The notes: generated by a model not told the origin, from the sequence alone. A DNA stretch of 64,000 nt from Felis catus (GCF_018350175.1 NC_058368.1:101682001-101746000), one strand, 5' to 3'. Positions 1 through 12,965 are shown, counted from the stretch's first letter. Translations and numbers: made by a program.

Positions 1-403
1 ACCAGTCGGCAACGTTGGCCGGAAGACAGAAGGATCGGGAAGGAAGGCTCCTTTGCTGCTTCTGCTTAATGTCAGGCTGAGAAATAGTCTCCGTGGAAAC
101 GAGTTCCTCCAGTTTCGTAGCTGACCTCGGCACTTCGTTTCACACATAGCGTTTATCTGAACGAGTTCAAGCTACTTGCCGTTTGCACACTCACCTGTCA
201 TGACCGCTCGCTTCTGAACTAATGACAAGTGCACTGTGCCGCCATCTGCTTCTCTGTCCCCCCCGCTGACCTTCATGCTTCCTTCTGCTTCCTTGTCTGT
301 TCCCGCCTCCTCACTGTCCCTTGTCATGGATAGTAGGCAAAAGGCACTAACTCTGGCTCACGTTCTGCCCTTAGAACTTGTCATGGTTCCCCTTCCTCTT
401 TAC

Positions 404-434
<31 letters not shown>
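404..434. repeat. (TG)n microsatellite
   Basis: Near-perfect TG run read directly. Confidence 0.95.
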
Positions 435-802
435 TTGTGAACACACACGTGGGCCATCCTTTCTTTAGATCTCCCACCAGAACTATCCTCAGTATTTCCG
501 TACCTGTAATGGGTTTTTGTGGTGGGTGACACAATATCCGTTTCTCACTTGGGGCAGCCCAAGCCGGCTCCTGATGCTGGTAGGCAAGAGATAAAACCGT
601 GGCGTATTTCTCTAAGTCCGCTTAAGTCACTTAATGCCGCCAAGTCCTTGAATCAGAATTTGATGTCCCAGGGAGAGCGCCTTAAACTCTCTCTCTCTGA
701 GGACAGGGAGGCTGGGGCTGCTCCTGCCAGAGGCAAGTGTATTTGGGTAGTTGATTTACAAAGGGAAATACACTCAAGTTACCGACTGTAGAGCTCATTT
801 TA

Positions 803-1016
803 TTTTTCTAAACATTTACTTATTTATTTTGAAAGAGAGACAGAGAGAGAGTGCAAGCGGGGAAGGGGCAGAGAGAGGGAGAGACAGAACCCCAAGCAGT
901 CTCTGCGCTGTCAGCGCAGAGTCTGACGCGGGGCTCAAAACTCATGAACCGTGAAATCGTGACCTGAATCTAGATCAAGAGGCGGATGCTTAACTGACTG
1001 AGCCACCCAGGCACCG
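803..1016 (-). mobile_element. Carnivore SINE (CanSINE/SINEC)
   Basis: T-rich tail, (GA)n tract and tRNA-derived head ...taactgactgagccacccaggcacc; diverged TSD tagagctcatttta (789-802) / tagtacttatttta (1020-1033). Confidence 0.9.
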
Positions 1017-1033
1017 CCATAGTACTTATTTTA

Positions 1034-1380
1034 TTTTATTTATTTTTAAATATAATTTATTGTTAAATTAGCCGCCATAGAGTGTATACAGTGTGCTCTT
1101 GGATTTGGGGGTAGATTCCCGTGATTCGTCACTTACATACAACACCCAGTGCTCATCCCAACAGGTGGCCTCCTCAGTGCCCCTCACCCACTTTCCCCTC
1201 TCCCCTCCCCCCATCCACCCTCAGATTGTTCTGTGTATGTGAGTGTCTCTTATGGTTTGCCTTCCTCGCTGTTTGAAATTATTTTTTCCCCTTCCCTTCC
1301 CCCGTGGTCTTCTGTTAAGTTTCTCAAGTTCCACATATGAGTGAAAACATATGATGTCTGTCTTGCTCTGACGTATTTCT
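1034..1380 (-). mobile_element. Carnivore L1 3' end (5'-truncated)
   Basis: T-rich tail then 'aacacccagtgctcatccca...ccacatatgagtgaaaacatatg', typical antisense carnivore L1 3' UTR. Confidence 0.85.
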
Positions 1381-2331
1381 ATAGTGCTGATTTTAAATAA
1401 AATTCAGCATTTAAGGCTTCATCAGATCTGATTTTCTGCAGTTCGTCAGTTTCCCTTTGAATCTCTAGATCAAATAGGCCAAGGATTCTAACATTCTCCC
1501 CCCCCACCCCCACCCCCACCCCGCCCAGTGTCCCGGCTGCACAGGGATTGGTATTCAGTGAGGTCCGTGTGTGTTTAGTATTCACAGGGACATGTACACA
1601 TCAGTATAGTGAGAGCTAATGGACAGGGCCCCTTCTTGGGAAATGGGGGCTTTGGGCATTCTGAGCATGTTTCATCATTTGTAGAGAGACGAGAGCATCT
1701 GACACTCTGTGACCCCACAGAAATATAAAGTTGAGCCGCGCTGCGATGATTACCTCTCAAGCCTAGAAATGACAAAAACACAAGTCACCATCAAACAGAA
1801 TACAGATAGAAGAAAACCCTTCTAGCCGTCCCCCTTTCTATCTATGGAACACGTTTTGTTCCGTGGCAGCTGGTGGAGGGTTTACTTGGTGCTGTGACCG
1901 TTGTCTCTGTGGCTCTGGTTTTGTGTCCTCTCCCTCGCGTCTTAAAGGTGCATGTTTTTCTTAGAGTTGAAAGAACCTTCGCCAACTGGACTTCTTGCTG
2001 TTCCTCCTGGAATGTCACACGCCGTCGTCAGAAGTCTTTCCTTCCAGATCTGGGCTCTTCACACTGTCAGCACGTTTGTTCCATTTTGAGTCTAGCTAGG
2101 GGGGTTTACTGTTTGTCCTCGATCTGTCATCTTGCCTGAGGAGCACATCCTCATACCGTCCTGTCTCCCGGCATCACCCTTAAAATATCCTCAGGTCTCT
2201 CAAAGCTCCCATGCTTGGTGGTTGGTGATCTCTTGTCCTTTCTTGCTCCAGAACCCGCTCCTCCTACCGTGTTCTCTCTCCCACTTAACAGCCTCATCCT
2301 TCTTTTCAACTCCTGCTAGAAATTTCTACTT

Positions 2332-2521
2332 GGAGGGGTGGCTCGGGTGGTTAAATGTCCAACTTCGGCCCAGGTCATGACCCTGCAGGTAACGATCTCA
2401 CAGTCTGTGAGTTCAAGCCCTCATAGGCTCAGCACCGATAGAAAGGAGGCTGCTTTGGATCCTCTGTCTCCCTTTCTCTCTGCCCCTCCCCCGCTCTGTG
2501 TCTCAAAAATAAGTAGGCATT
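2332..2521 (+). mobile_element. Older CanSINE whose A-tail is interrupted by a younger SINE
   Basis: Degenerate head gtggctcgggtggttaa...caggtcatga, CT-rich tract; tail resumes at 2755-2763. Confidence 0.8.
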
Positions 2522-2741
2522 GGGGTGCCTGGGTGGCGTAGTCGGTTAAGCGTCCGACTTCAGCCAGGTCACGATCTCGCGGTCCGTGAGTTCAAGCCCC
2601 GCGTCGGGCTCTGGGCTGATGGCTCAGAGCCTGGAGCCTGTTTCAAATTCTGTGTCTCCCTCTCTCTCTGACCCTCCCCCATTCATGCTCTGTCTCTCTC
2701 TGTCTCAAAAATAAATAAACGTTAAAAAAAAATAAAAAAAC
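2522..2741 (+). mobile_element. Felid SINE (SINEC_Fc-like), nested
   Basis: ggggtgcctgggtggcgtagtcggttaagcgtccgact... to A-tail; TSD ataagtaggcatt (2509-2521) / ataagtagacatt (2742-2754). Confidence 0.95.
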
Positions 2742-3625
2742 ATAAGTAGACATTAAAAAAAAAGAGGAAGTATTTTCTCCTGGAAACTTTGGCCTTGTCT
2801 ACACCTCCTCCTTCTTCTACTCATCACCCCCTGCTGCTACCCCTTTCCCTGTACACACACTTGCCTTCATTTTGAAGCCCTACTATTCCCACATCAGCCC
2901 TTTCTCCCACTTTCGGATCTCACCTTCTCTTCACTGGTTTACTTCTACATCCTCCTAACTGGATACCCTGTGTTCAGCCCCTTCTCTCTTAAATATGGAC
3001 TTCTAATCGGTGTCGGGGAAATAACTCTAAAATTCCGTTCGTTCTCGCGTCATTCGCATCCCCAACCTCTAGCAGGGGCTCCCCTTTGCCTGCGATCAAA
3101 CTTCCGAAAAAATCATACAAGTCTTCTCACGCTGGGTTATCTCCCCAGAAGAGCAACCACATATCCTGCACCACACTCAGCCTTTGCTTCCTGTTCTTCG
3201 AACTTTCCATGAAATTTTATATCTGTGCTCATTTTTGCCTTGTGCTTATGTATGAGGAACTAAAGCAAAGAGCCCATGTCTGTTTTGTCCAGTGTTGAAT
3301 TCCCAAGAACCCTGCACAGCAAGTACAGAATGGACACAGAAAGAGAAATGGATTGACCCAAGGACACAGAAATGCAGGCAAGAGAGAGCTAGTGATTGGA
3401 TCTGTTGACTCTCCGCCTTCTATTATCTGTTTCAAAATATTTGACGATTTGAGGGTCTGAGAGAACAGGTTTCTCGAGTGGTGTCAAGGAGATCCTTCGT
3501 TCGGCCCTGGGACTTTAGACGATATATATCAAGCTGACATTTTCCATGAAACACAGGAAAGATATAAAGATAATACATTGGGTTTAATTCTTCTCTTTGG
3601 CCTACCTTCATGAATACCACTACGT

Positions 3626-3788
3626 CAGTGCTTTTCACAATTCGGCGTCCACATAAATCACCCGGGGATCTTGTTAAAAAATGGATTCTGCTTTGAGAAC
3701 TCTGGTGGTACCTGAGCTTCTGCATTTAACATGTTCTCAGGTGATGGTAACAGTGCTGATCCCTGGACACACACTTCAAGCAGTAAGG
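3626..3788. mobile_element. MER5-like hAT-Charlie MITE relic
   Basis: cagtgcttttcac...aatcacccggggatcttgttaaaaaatggattctg...tgcatttaacatgttctcaggtgatg...cacacttcaagcagtaagg resembles MER5A/B. Confidence 0.65.
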
Positions 3789-4307
3789 AGGTAGATAATT
3801 ATATACAGACCATTCAGGTTGACTAGTTTCCTTTTTCTCTTTTGCCAAGAAATTTGGTGAATTTAGAGACGTCTCTTCTCTATCTCCCATGACAGCCCGA
3901 AGTGAATTATTATAACAATATTCAGAACAAATTGTCTTGATGCAATGTTGCATCCGTCAAACCCAAGCACAGGTGGCAGTAAGAATCCATGTTTATCCAT
4001 AATAGCTCTCTTCTTAGATCCTATTTCAGAGAAGTTTCCTAAACTGCCACTTCTCCATGACGAGGCAATGCTTATTGGTCAATATTTCTTTGAGGAAATC
4101 CAGTATGGTCAATCCGAAGGTGTATCACAACTGATCTGGAGAATGCACCGAGAAGATACTTGTAACCGAACTCTCACGAGAGCCTGGTTCCTTTCCATTC
4201 CCAGTTGTCTGAATCCAAGGAGTATTTAGCCATTCTATGTGGCTAAATCCAGACCTATAATTTCACTATTGCCCTGTGGAATTTGACTTTAGGAAATCCA
4301 GAGTGTA

Positions 4308-4539
4308 GGGGTACCTGGGTGGCTCATTCGATTAAGCATCCGACACTTGTTTTCCGGCTGAGGTGGTGATCTCACAGTTTTGTGGGTTCGAGCCCCATGT
4401 CGGGCTCCATGCTGGCAGCATGGTGCCTGCTTGGGATTCTCTCTCTCCCCCTCTCTCTATGCCCTTCCTCCACTCATGCTGTCTCTGTCTCTCTCACAAT
4501 AAATAAACTTAAAAAAATAATAATCTGTTAAAAAAAAAA
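4308..4539 (+). mobile_element. CanSINE
   Basis: ggggtacctgggtggctc head, CT tract, A-tail; perfect TSD gaaatccagagtgtag (4293-4308 / 4540-4555). Confidence 0.95.
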
Positions 4540-6094
4540 GAAATCCAGAGTGTAGTAACTATATGCCATGTCAAAGAGAGATTCAACAGCTATTGCTGGT
4601 CTGGGAAATCTCATTGCCTAGATGGCAGTGCCACCAGTATGTAAGCTGGTCAATGTCCCATTAATGATGATTAATATTAAATTTGGTTTGTGTAGCTATT
4701 ACAACATGTTAGTGGACAAGGTGGGTACGTACATTACTCATATAATCCCTACACTCTCAGGTTTATTGATCTTTCTTTCTTTCTTTTTTACGAAGTGACA
4801 ATGAACAACAACATGGATAATATGTAGCTTGGCTCCTATAGATATTTCTTTGTACTGTATTGAATGTATTCAGAATGTCTTACTGAAAGTTAAAATAACA
4901 CAGGATAATTTCTCTATGACTGGCTCGAAGGAAAAGTAGGGTTTAATGAGCCAGGGAAGGGGTTAGTGTGATTAATCTGGGAGTAGAGTCCTTTTATATA
5001 TCTGGTTAATGATGGCACTCGGAACCTTATGAACAATATTGGATATCGAATTACGAGATGGCTGGGGAATGATTTTATAACTTAATGACAAGTTCTCTTA
5101 AGCCTTATAAGGGATCCCCAATTTCCATAATCCATAGGAGACCCAGTCCTTGTGTAATAAATATAAAAATGGTCTGTTTTGGTAATACTGTAAAAATTAA
5201 CTTTCTCCCTCCCACATCCCCAACTGGAGGCTTCCTGGTGTGAATGTTCAAGTTGTTCATTTTGAACAGCCTGAATTCCTATCATCATCCCGTCTTTGAG
5301 GCAATGTCCTACGCTGGAGCTGTGTTTGCCTTGAAATGAAAACGACGTTCAAGAGGAGACAGTTATTGTCCTGGTTTAATCTACTAAGAATCTGTTGGGA
5401 TATTTGACATTTCAGTGTTGAGAAAGTTCCTAAGGTTCTGTTGGGGGAAAAAAGTGCATGTTGAGTGGCCAGATTTCTTTAAAGTTGATATTTTATTTCT
5501 GGGTATATGTCTGGAGTTTCACTTGAGTGATTTGGTTTAACACTTTTCAGGAGTGGTAGGTCCGGGGGGAGGCTCTTCTTGGGGGCAGATGGACTGTAAG
5601 GGAGGAGGGTTGGAGAGCTACGTAATGTTGAAGTGTGTACTTGAGAGCAACACATTCTGCTTTAATTTTTAGGCTTGTTCCTCTTCATTCTCCAGTTATG
5701 GCTGGCGGCAGAGGGGAGGAGGCTTTGGCATATGTTTGGAACGTTTCTCAAAATGCTCTGGAGGAAGAACAGAACATCCTTTTTTAAGGCGTTCTCCATG
5801 GAACCCATTTTAGGATTAAACACTTTTAGTCTCTGTTATGACTTTCATGGAGCCATGTCTGTTTTTCTATTGAGGTCAACCTCCTTGTGTTCCCCAGTGA
5901 GTCCAAGGGAAGTGTGAGTCATTGTCAGTGAAATCACCCTGGGGAAGGATCGGTTTGTTACAGTCAGACCCAGAGTTGGATGTTTTTGCAGATGATGTGT
6001 TGGACAACAGAGGAGCCTAAGAAGATTTAAAAATATATATGTGTTTTCAGTAAACATGAGCAAATTAGGGTAGCTTTCATTTTGGGCCTGGCCT

Positions 6095-6225
6095 GGGAAC
6101 CAGGAGACCTGGGACTCTGCCATTTCCGGACTTTGTAATCTTGGGCGAGCAACTTGACATTTCAGGGCCTCAGTTTTTCCATTTAAAATGAAATTACATG
6201 ATCTCAAAGGTCCTTTTGGCCAGGT
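6095..6225 (+). mobile_element. MIR relic
   Basis: caggagacctggg...ttgggcgagcaacttgacatttcagggcctcagtttttccatttaaaatg...gatctcaaaggtcctt resembles the MIR core. Confidence 0.6.
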
Positions 6226-6246
6226 TGGTTCTATAAGTTTCCTTTA

Positions 6247-6470
6247 TTTAAAAAACATTTTTTAAAGCTTTTATTCATTTTTGAGAGACAGAGAGAAAGA
6301 GCATGAGCAGGGGAGGGGCAGAGAGAGAGGGGGAGACACAGAATCCGAAACAGGTCAGCAGAATCTGTGCTGACAGCTCAGAGCCCGATGTGGGGCTTGA
6401 ACCCACGATCCATGAGATCATGACCTGAGTCGAAGTCAGATGCTTAACCGACTGAGCCACCCAGACGCCA
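6247..6470 (-). mobile_element. Felid SINE
   Basis: Antisense SINE; TSD ctataagtttccttta (6231-6246) / ctataattttccttta (6471-6486). Confidence 0.95.
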
Positions 6471-6948
6471 CTATAATTTTCCTTTAATATACCACAAAGA
6501 GAGCTGGGCGAGAAAATTTTCTTAAAACTTGTTTTTAACATAAGATCAATCTCATGAATGTCGCCAATGTAAACAATAAATCATTAACAGGTGCGTATGG
6601 TATTTGTAGTGTTGTTTCTTAAATGCTAATCTTCGGTAAATTGCTTGATCATTTGGTGTGCAGCTTGTTTTAAATGTATTAAATACTGTATTCGTATTTT
6701 ATATTTGGAAGGGGTATTGAGCATTGCATATGGTTGTTCTGGATTTGTCAATAATATTCCCTGTGCAATCCATATGGGAAGAGCCATGCAATCCTTATAT
6801 GGTAATATCCTGTTTACTTTTATCTAGAGTGTAATTAATGTTTTGTTCAATCAATGCATATATTTTTAATAGTCTTGCACTTTCCCAAATTATACTTTTA
6901 AGGTGGAAATGGTGATTGGAGCCGTTCTGTAGAGACAAAAGGGCTAAC

Positions 6949-6983
<35 letters not shown>

Positions 6984-7036
6984 CTCTATCTATCATCTAT
7001 ATCTATCTATCTATCTATCATCCATCTGTCTATCTA
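6949..7036. repeat. (TCTA)n / GATA-type tetranucleotide microsatellite, interrupted
   Basis: Direct reading. Confidence 0.95.
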
Positions 7037-10000
7037 GATCATGAATCAACTCTAAGTAATACTATTTTCTAGAGGAAAACCTGTGATAATGTTGTTAACT
7101 TTCAGGAATGTGTTTGGCTAGCAAAATTGTATGTATTCAACTTCCGTGTTATCAAATCTTAGTTAATTATGACTTCCCAAATATTATTTCAAGTCTTCCA
7201 CTCTCATATTTTGATAAGGGCAAATTTGTAGAGTTGGAATACATCTCTTTAGGTGTTTTGCATGTTAATGTCATTTATATTGTGAAGGCTTACAAAGATT
7301 GCTAATACTTCATATCCTTTTGGTTTAAATTTGTATGCTTTAATTTATGTGGAATATACTAGGGAGTGCTCTGTTTTGTGTGAGAAAGCATCAGTTTCTC
7401 TTGTCATGAATTAGCTATGAAGTGGTCTCATTTTCAAAGAGATATGCAGGACATATGCTTGCGCATTCTGTTAACAGCTAGTGATCCGGATGGAGAAAAC
7501 CATTTCCATGAGAAAAGTGAGTCATCTATTGAAAAGGCCCCTAATAACCCGGCGGAGACTATTAAAAACATTCCAGACGGTCCACGTTGACAATGCACTT
7601 CGAAATGTTTTAAATCAGAAGGCTTTACTTTGCTGTTGGTCACCGTATTTAGTTAATGACCTAACAGGTTCACCCAGGTTATTTTCTTTGGTCAAATCCT
7701 TCCCTGTTCTGAAAAGCATGTTTATGTGAGACAAAGAGGCTCTTCGCCATCACTGTTGGCTAGAGCACGTACCATGGACACGCTGTTGTTCCATCCGTTT
7801 TCCTGACTCATCTTTAGGTTCAAAAATTGCATATTTGTGTAGCTATTTGCAAAACCCTTCCAGTAATTTCTTTTCTCATGTCCGAAATGGCTCATATTAA
7901 AGCTTTCATAAGACCCTTCAGTTTCTGTGTTAAACTGATGTTTAAATTGGAAAGAAAGTGGGAACTTTGGCAGTTTAGATAATTCACTTCATCTGGTGGC
8001 CAGCTATGTTAACAATCACATCACATGGCAGCGCTCAGATAAGATGAAAGGAGCCCCCGGGGCCCTGAAGCGACATTTTAGGAGTGGAGGGAAAATACAG
8101 TTAGAACACTTGGTTTCATCATTTTATTCTATAAAACGGCAAATTATTGCGACCGGAATCTTCAAGTGCTAAAAGAACAATTTAAAGGTTATGCGGTGGC
8201 TTAGCTGTGGCAGCTGAATGCAGATGCTGGACGGGAAGCGTGGAGCCTCAGGTCAGCAAATGATGTCTTTTATTCCCTGTGTATTGAGGACTGCGAGGAA
8301 AAGCTGATATTGTTAGCATATGAATCACATCAAAGGCCTACGCTGGAAGATAAACACCCCCGTCTTCTGAAATGGAGTGCACGGCCTCCCCTCATGGACT
8401 GAAGCGCCTCTCTTTCTAACAGTGTGCTCTGTCCAACCCCAGCGCGGTTTCTTCCAGAACGGGCACGTTGCTGTTCAGCACCCGGTTGCTGGTGCACGAC
8501 TGCACATTCCATCACTTAGGAGAAAACATTTGCACGTCAGATTGCCTTTCTACGTGAAGGGTGGGAAGACTGTTCTTTTTTCTTGGGTTGTTTGGGTTTT
8601 GTTTTTTTTTTGTTTTTTTGTTTTTTGTTTTCAGTGTTTTGTTGGGGGGGTGGCGGTGACATTTTCTTTGGAGGTACCATATAAGATGCTCATAATTTCT
8701 ATTGCTATTTGTCCTAAAAACTAGAGACCGGTCCAGCCAGTTGACAAGAAATAGAGTGGATAACTGCCCCTTCATCTCTGAACACGGACCTGACTCTCTT
8801 TTCTCTGCTGCGGGATTCTTCAATCAATACTGACATGCTGGCCAGACACCATTTAAAAATAATGGGCCCGTCCTCTTCTCCTCTTCTGCGTATATTATTG
8901 GGGCGTGATAAGTAGTTTTGTTCAAGCCCAGTCTCTTTCCACCTGTCCTGGTGGTCAGCAGATGCTGCTTCTGTTGCTCCAAATGGAATTTTAGTTCAGC
9001 AGCAGAATTACTGGGGCTTTTAAGAGCACCAGCCATGTCAGATGGGTCCCGGGATGATAAACTGTATGACAGCCCATCGCAGAGCAAGGAATTCCAGATG
9101 CCTTGGATGTTTCGTCTATTAGCTCATGGCGACGTGTAAGGAATAGTCAGTTTCCATTAATGTTCAGTCTCTTATTGGCCAAGATGCTTAGGGTATGATG
9201 GGGCTAGTCATTTTCTATAACAACTTTATTTATACAGGAAGTCTTTTTCTGAAAGGTACATGGCTGGAACTTCATTTCTGAGCTCATATGTTATGCTGAC
9301 CCAAAACGTCTGTCAAAACTTAGAGCAATGTCATCGGCTGTATTTTCATTTTCATTACTCTCAGATTCCCCTCCCCCCCTTTTTTTTTTTAAATTCGTGT
9401 TGCCAGCTGTTATGCGAACATGCCATCGAGTTTAGGTTAGCCAAATTCCAGCCGGTGGTTTAGAAATAAGCAGAGTGTAATGTTGACATGATTGATTTCC
9501 AGTTACTCGGTGTGGTTTCTCTTGCCTGTTTAAAGACATATCTGTGCACAAAAGCAGAGGAACAACACATTTGTTTTATAAAGAGCTGAATGCACTCTTG
9601 AGAGAGAGCTGTTTTACTGTCATTGTCATAGAATGCCTTCTCTTACTTTCTGTCTCTCACCCCATTCACCGCGTTATTGCTCTCACGTTCTCACTGAGTG
9701 ATATACATGGAGAAAGTGAATCTTGGTGAGTCAAGCTTGTCTGATTGTTAGATTCTGGATTGCTTCCAAATGGGAGGTTGGAATCGAAAGAACTAACACA
9801 AAGGCTTCCGGGACATGTTACGAATACCAAGTACTATCTCCAGATCTTCTAATTAGTTTTCAAGACAAATGCTCAGTAAGTTACAGCAAGGTACCTGATT
9901 CAGCTCCAATTTCAAACCTACTAGATTTTCATAAGAATTGCTATTTCTCTGTTTAGATGATTCCATTTCAGGCGTCAGATGATTCAGTTCATGTATTTTA

Positions 10001-10970
10001 AGTCTCAGAGTTTTTGTTTTTTGTTTTCTTCACCCACATATTGATCAGCGGATGTCATTGTTCTGAACTGGATTTTCCTCTCTGAAGAAGAGACGGCCTC
10101 ATCTAGACTATTCAGGGAAGGTGAAAAGAATGCCATGCTTAATTCAATAATTGCTAGGTTCATTTGCATGGCAGAGCAAAAGAGCTTGCATGTTACTCTT
10201 CTAATTATTTTTTAAAGAAAATCTCTTTGTAATAATTCACACGTTTCATAGAATACTTGATGGCAAACGTGGGAGGGTAGGGTTTAGAAGGGACCAAATG
10301 ATTTCACTGATAAAAAGAATAGTATTATTTCATGATGTCAGAGTTGGATGAACTCATGGTTTTGTAGGTCAGAGATTTCAAGGCATGTAAATTACTCTAC
10401 AGTTGTTGTCCGCTTTGCTGATTGTTTGGGAGAGCCGTTAACTATCACAAGTACTCGTTAATCCCTGTGCTGGCAAAAAAGAATTGGTCAGGGTGGCCTG
10501 TAAAAATAAGAACTATCATACTAACAGATAAAAAAAAAATCACCTGGCCAAATATTGTTTTGAAACTGAATAGAATATGGAAAAAACCCTTTTCATCAGG
10601 GAAGCTTAAAGCCTTTGATTCCTTTTCTCTGTGAGTAATGAGTCAATAAGGTTATATTTCTGTCCTGTAATCAGGACTCATGATTTGATAATTTGCCGGC
10701 AAGTCTAGTGACTAATTTTGTAGCTGGATGTAGCTCTGAAAACACCTCTACATATTTCGTTCTATGAATATTACTGATAATATCAATTCCCCAAATCCAG
10801 CCCTTTTGAGAATTCTTTCTTAAATTCACAGGGGAATTCCAAAGGTGAAATTAGGGACCTCAGAAAGAGAGAGTGAGAGAGAGAGCAGGGGGAGGAGAAC
10901 AAGAGATTGGCCATGTGATGTTGTGTACCTGCAGGGGTGGGCAGAATTTAATGGAATAACAATTTCTGGG

Positions 10971-11188
10971 TTTTTTTTTCATACTTATTTATTGATTTTG
11001 AGAGAGACAGAGGAAGTGGGAAGGAGCAGAGAGAGAGGGAGGGAGAGAGAGAGAGAATCCCAAGCAGGCTCCGCACTGTCAGCACAGAGCCCGGCGTGTG
11101 GCTCGAACTAACGAACGAACCGTGAGATCATGACCTGAGCTAAAACCAGGAGTCGGATGCTTAACCGGCTGAGTCACCCAGGTGCCCC
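10971..11188 (-). mobile_element. CanSINE
   Basis: Antisense SINE; TSD tggaataacaatttct (10952-10967) / tggaacaataatttct (11189-11204). Confidence 0.92.
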
Positions 11189-11548
11189 TGGAACAATAAT
11201 TTCTAAGCCACCTTCAAAGTAGATTTTTATTCAAATGTCTGCTGAGTTATTTCCTGTCCTCTTATAAAGTCATTCCACTCTTTCGCTATAAAACATTACT
11301 ATTTAGCAAGGACTTAGAGAAATAATTTTATTTCCAAACAAGATAAGGTATATACTATATATCTGTGAGGTATATACTATAATTCTTCAGAAGCAGCTAT
11401 TTTATTTATCTTACCACTTAAACAATTGGTTGGGATGTATTTTTTTCCCTTTACTCAAATTATATATTAATTGGTCAAATGAATTATTTGGGGGAGTTGA
11501 TGATCTAGAAAACTGCAGAAATATCTATGTACTGAGGTAACTAATTTA

Positions 11549-11776
11549 GGGGCGCCTGGGTGGCTCAGTCGGTTGAGCATCCGACTTCAGCTCAGTTCAT
11601 GATCTCGCGGTCTGTGAGTTCAAGCCCCGTGTTGGGCTCTGTGCTGACGGCTCAGGGCCAGAGACTGCTTCGGATTCTGTGTCTCCCTCTCTATGCCCCT
11701 CCCCTGCTCATGCCTCTACCTCTCTCTTTCTCTCAAAAAGTAAATAAACATAAAAATAAAATGAAAAATAAAAAAA
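11549..11776 (+). mobile_element. Felid SINE
   Basis: ggggcgcctgggtggctcagtcggttgagcatccgact head, CT tract, A-tail. Confidence 0.95.
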
Positions 11777-11827
11777 ATAATTTAATGAATGGCATGTGTA
11801 AGGCTTGAAAATATGCTAACATGATTT

Positions 11828-12036
11828 TTTTTAATTTTCAATGCTCATTTATTATTGAGAGAGAAAGAGTGTGAGTAGGGGAGGGGAAGAGAGAGAGGGG
11901 GACACAGAATCTGAAACAAGCTCCAGGCTCTGAGCCGTCAGCACACAGCCCGACGTGGGGCTCGAACCCCCGAACCGTGAGATCATGACCTGAGCCGAAG
12001 TTGGATGCTCAACTGACTGAGCCACCCAGGCGCCCC
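11828..12036 (-). mobile_element. Felid SINE
   Basis: Antisense; TSD ctaacatgattt (11816-11827 / 12036-12047). Confidence 0.95.
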
Positions 12037-12758
12037 TAACATGATTTAAAATATGCATATTACCAATTAAGTAAAATTTTGCCTTTGTAGTAGGGAAACA
12101 AAGTTTCAAGTACTGAAGAAATGCTTTATAATGAAAATTATTTTTCTTGATTGAGTAATGAGGAGGATCATGAGGCTGGAGAATCCCAAATAGGTTTTAG
12201 TGAATCCAAATCAGTAGCCGTTTGTTCATTTATTCTTGCACTGCCAATGAGGGTGGCGGGTATAGAGCTGCAGACAAGGCATGAAATGCCAAACAGCCTG
12301 TTGAGTAACTAGGTGAGAGATGATAAAGGTGTGAATGATAATATGGGTAGAGGGGATAATAACCAGGGGGCTTGGAGATCAGTCTAGAGGGAAGCGTGGA
12401 ATGTAACTCAAACTATAGAAGCAGCAGCCCTTACCAGCTTGAATGTCAGGAGATGTGTCCCCCCCTATTTATGAGGCCAGGATATTATGCCAGCTGTACT
12501 CAAGAAGAGGCTCTGTGGGTCTTTGCCTTGGGTCTACTCACCATGCTCACGTGACCTCCCCTGTGATCAATATCTCCCGAGGAATCACTATTTCCACTGA
12601 ACACCAACGTTGTTTGCCAGTTTCTACCACCACCATCTTTCTGGTATGGAAGAAGTGACTCTTGTTGGACAAAGGGATCTTCTTTGCTCAAAGTATAGGA
12701 CGGATATTTCCCCAGTTCCCCATGGTATAATCGTCTTAATTAAAATACTAAAGTAATT

Positions 12759-12965
12759 GGGGCAACTGGGTGGCTTAGTCAGTTAAGCACCTGACTCTTG
12801 ATTTCAGCTCAGGTCATGATCTCAGGGTCGTGTGATCGAGCCCTACATCAGGCTCCCTGCTTAGTGAGGGGAGCCCACTTAAGTTTCTCTCTCTCTCTTC
12901 CTCTGCCCCTCCCTCTCCCCCACTTGTGCTCACACTCTCATTTTCTCTCAAAATAAAATAAAATA
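12759..12965 (+). mobile_element. CanSINE (older subfamily with 'ctcttgatttcagctcagg')
   Basis: ggggcaactgggtggcttagtcagttaagc head, CT tract, A-rich tail. Confidence 0.9.

Noticed and set aside
4224..4248. 9-bp hairpin atttagcca/tggctaaat
   Set aside because: Stems this short are expected by chance in 64 kb; no miRNA-like extension.
3962..4633. Partial CTCF-like motifs (agcacaggtggcagt ~3966; tgcctagatggcagtg ~4616)
   Set aside because: 5' half of the core is mismatched; too weak to call without a matrix score.
7478..7516. 39-nt in-frame exon candidate (ttaacag...aaaa|gtgagt)
   Set aside because: Weak pyrimidine tract, weak exonic donor context and an unrecognised peptide.
9035..9140. ATG-initiated MSDGSRDDKLYDSPSQSKEF... 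with gtaagg at its end as a first coding exon
   Set aside because: No recognisable homology, weak donor and no promoter evidence.
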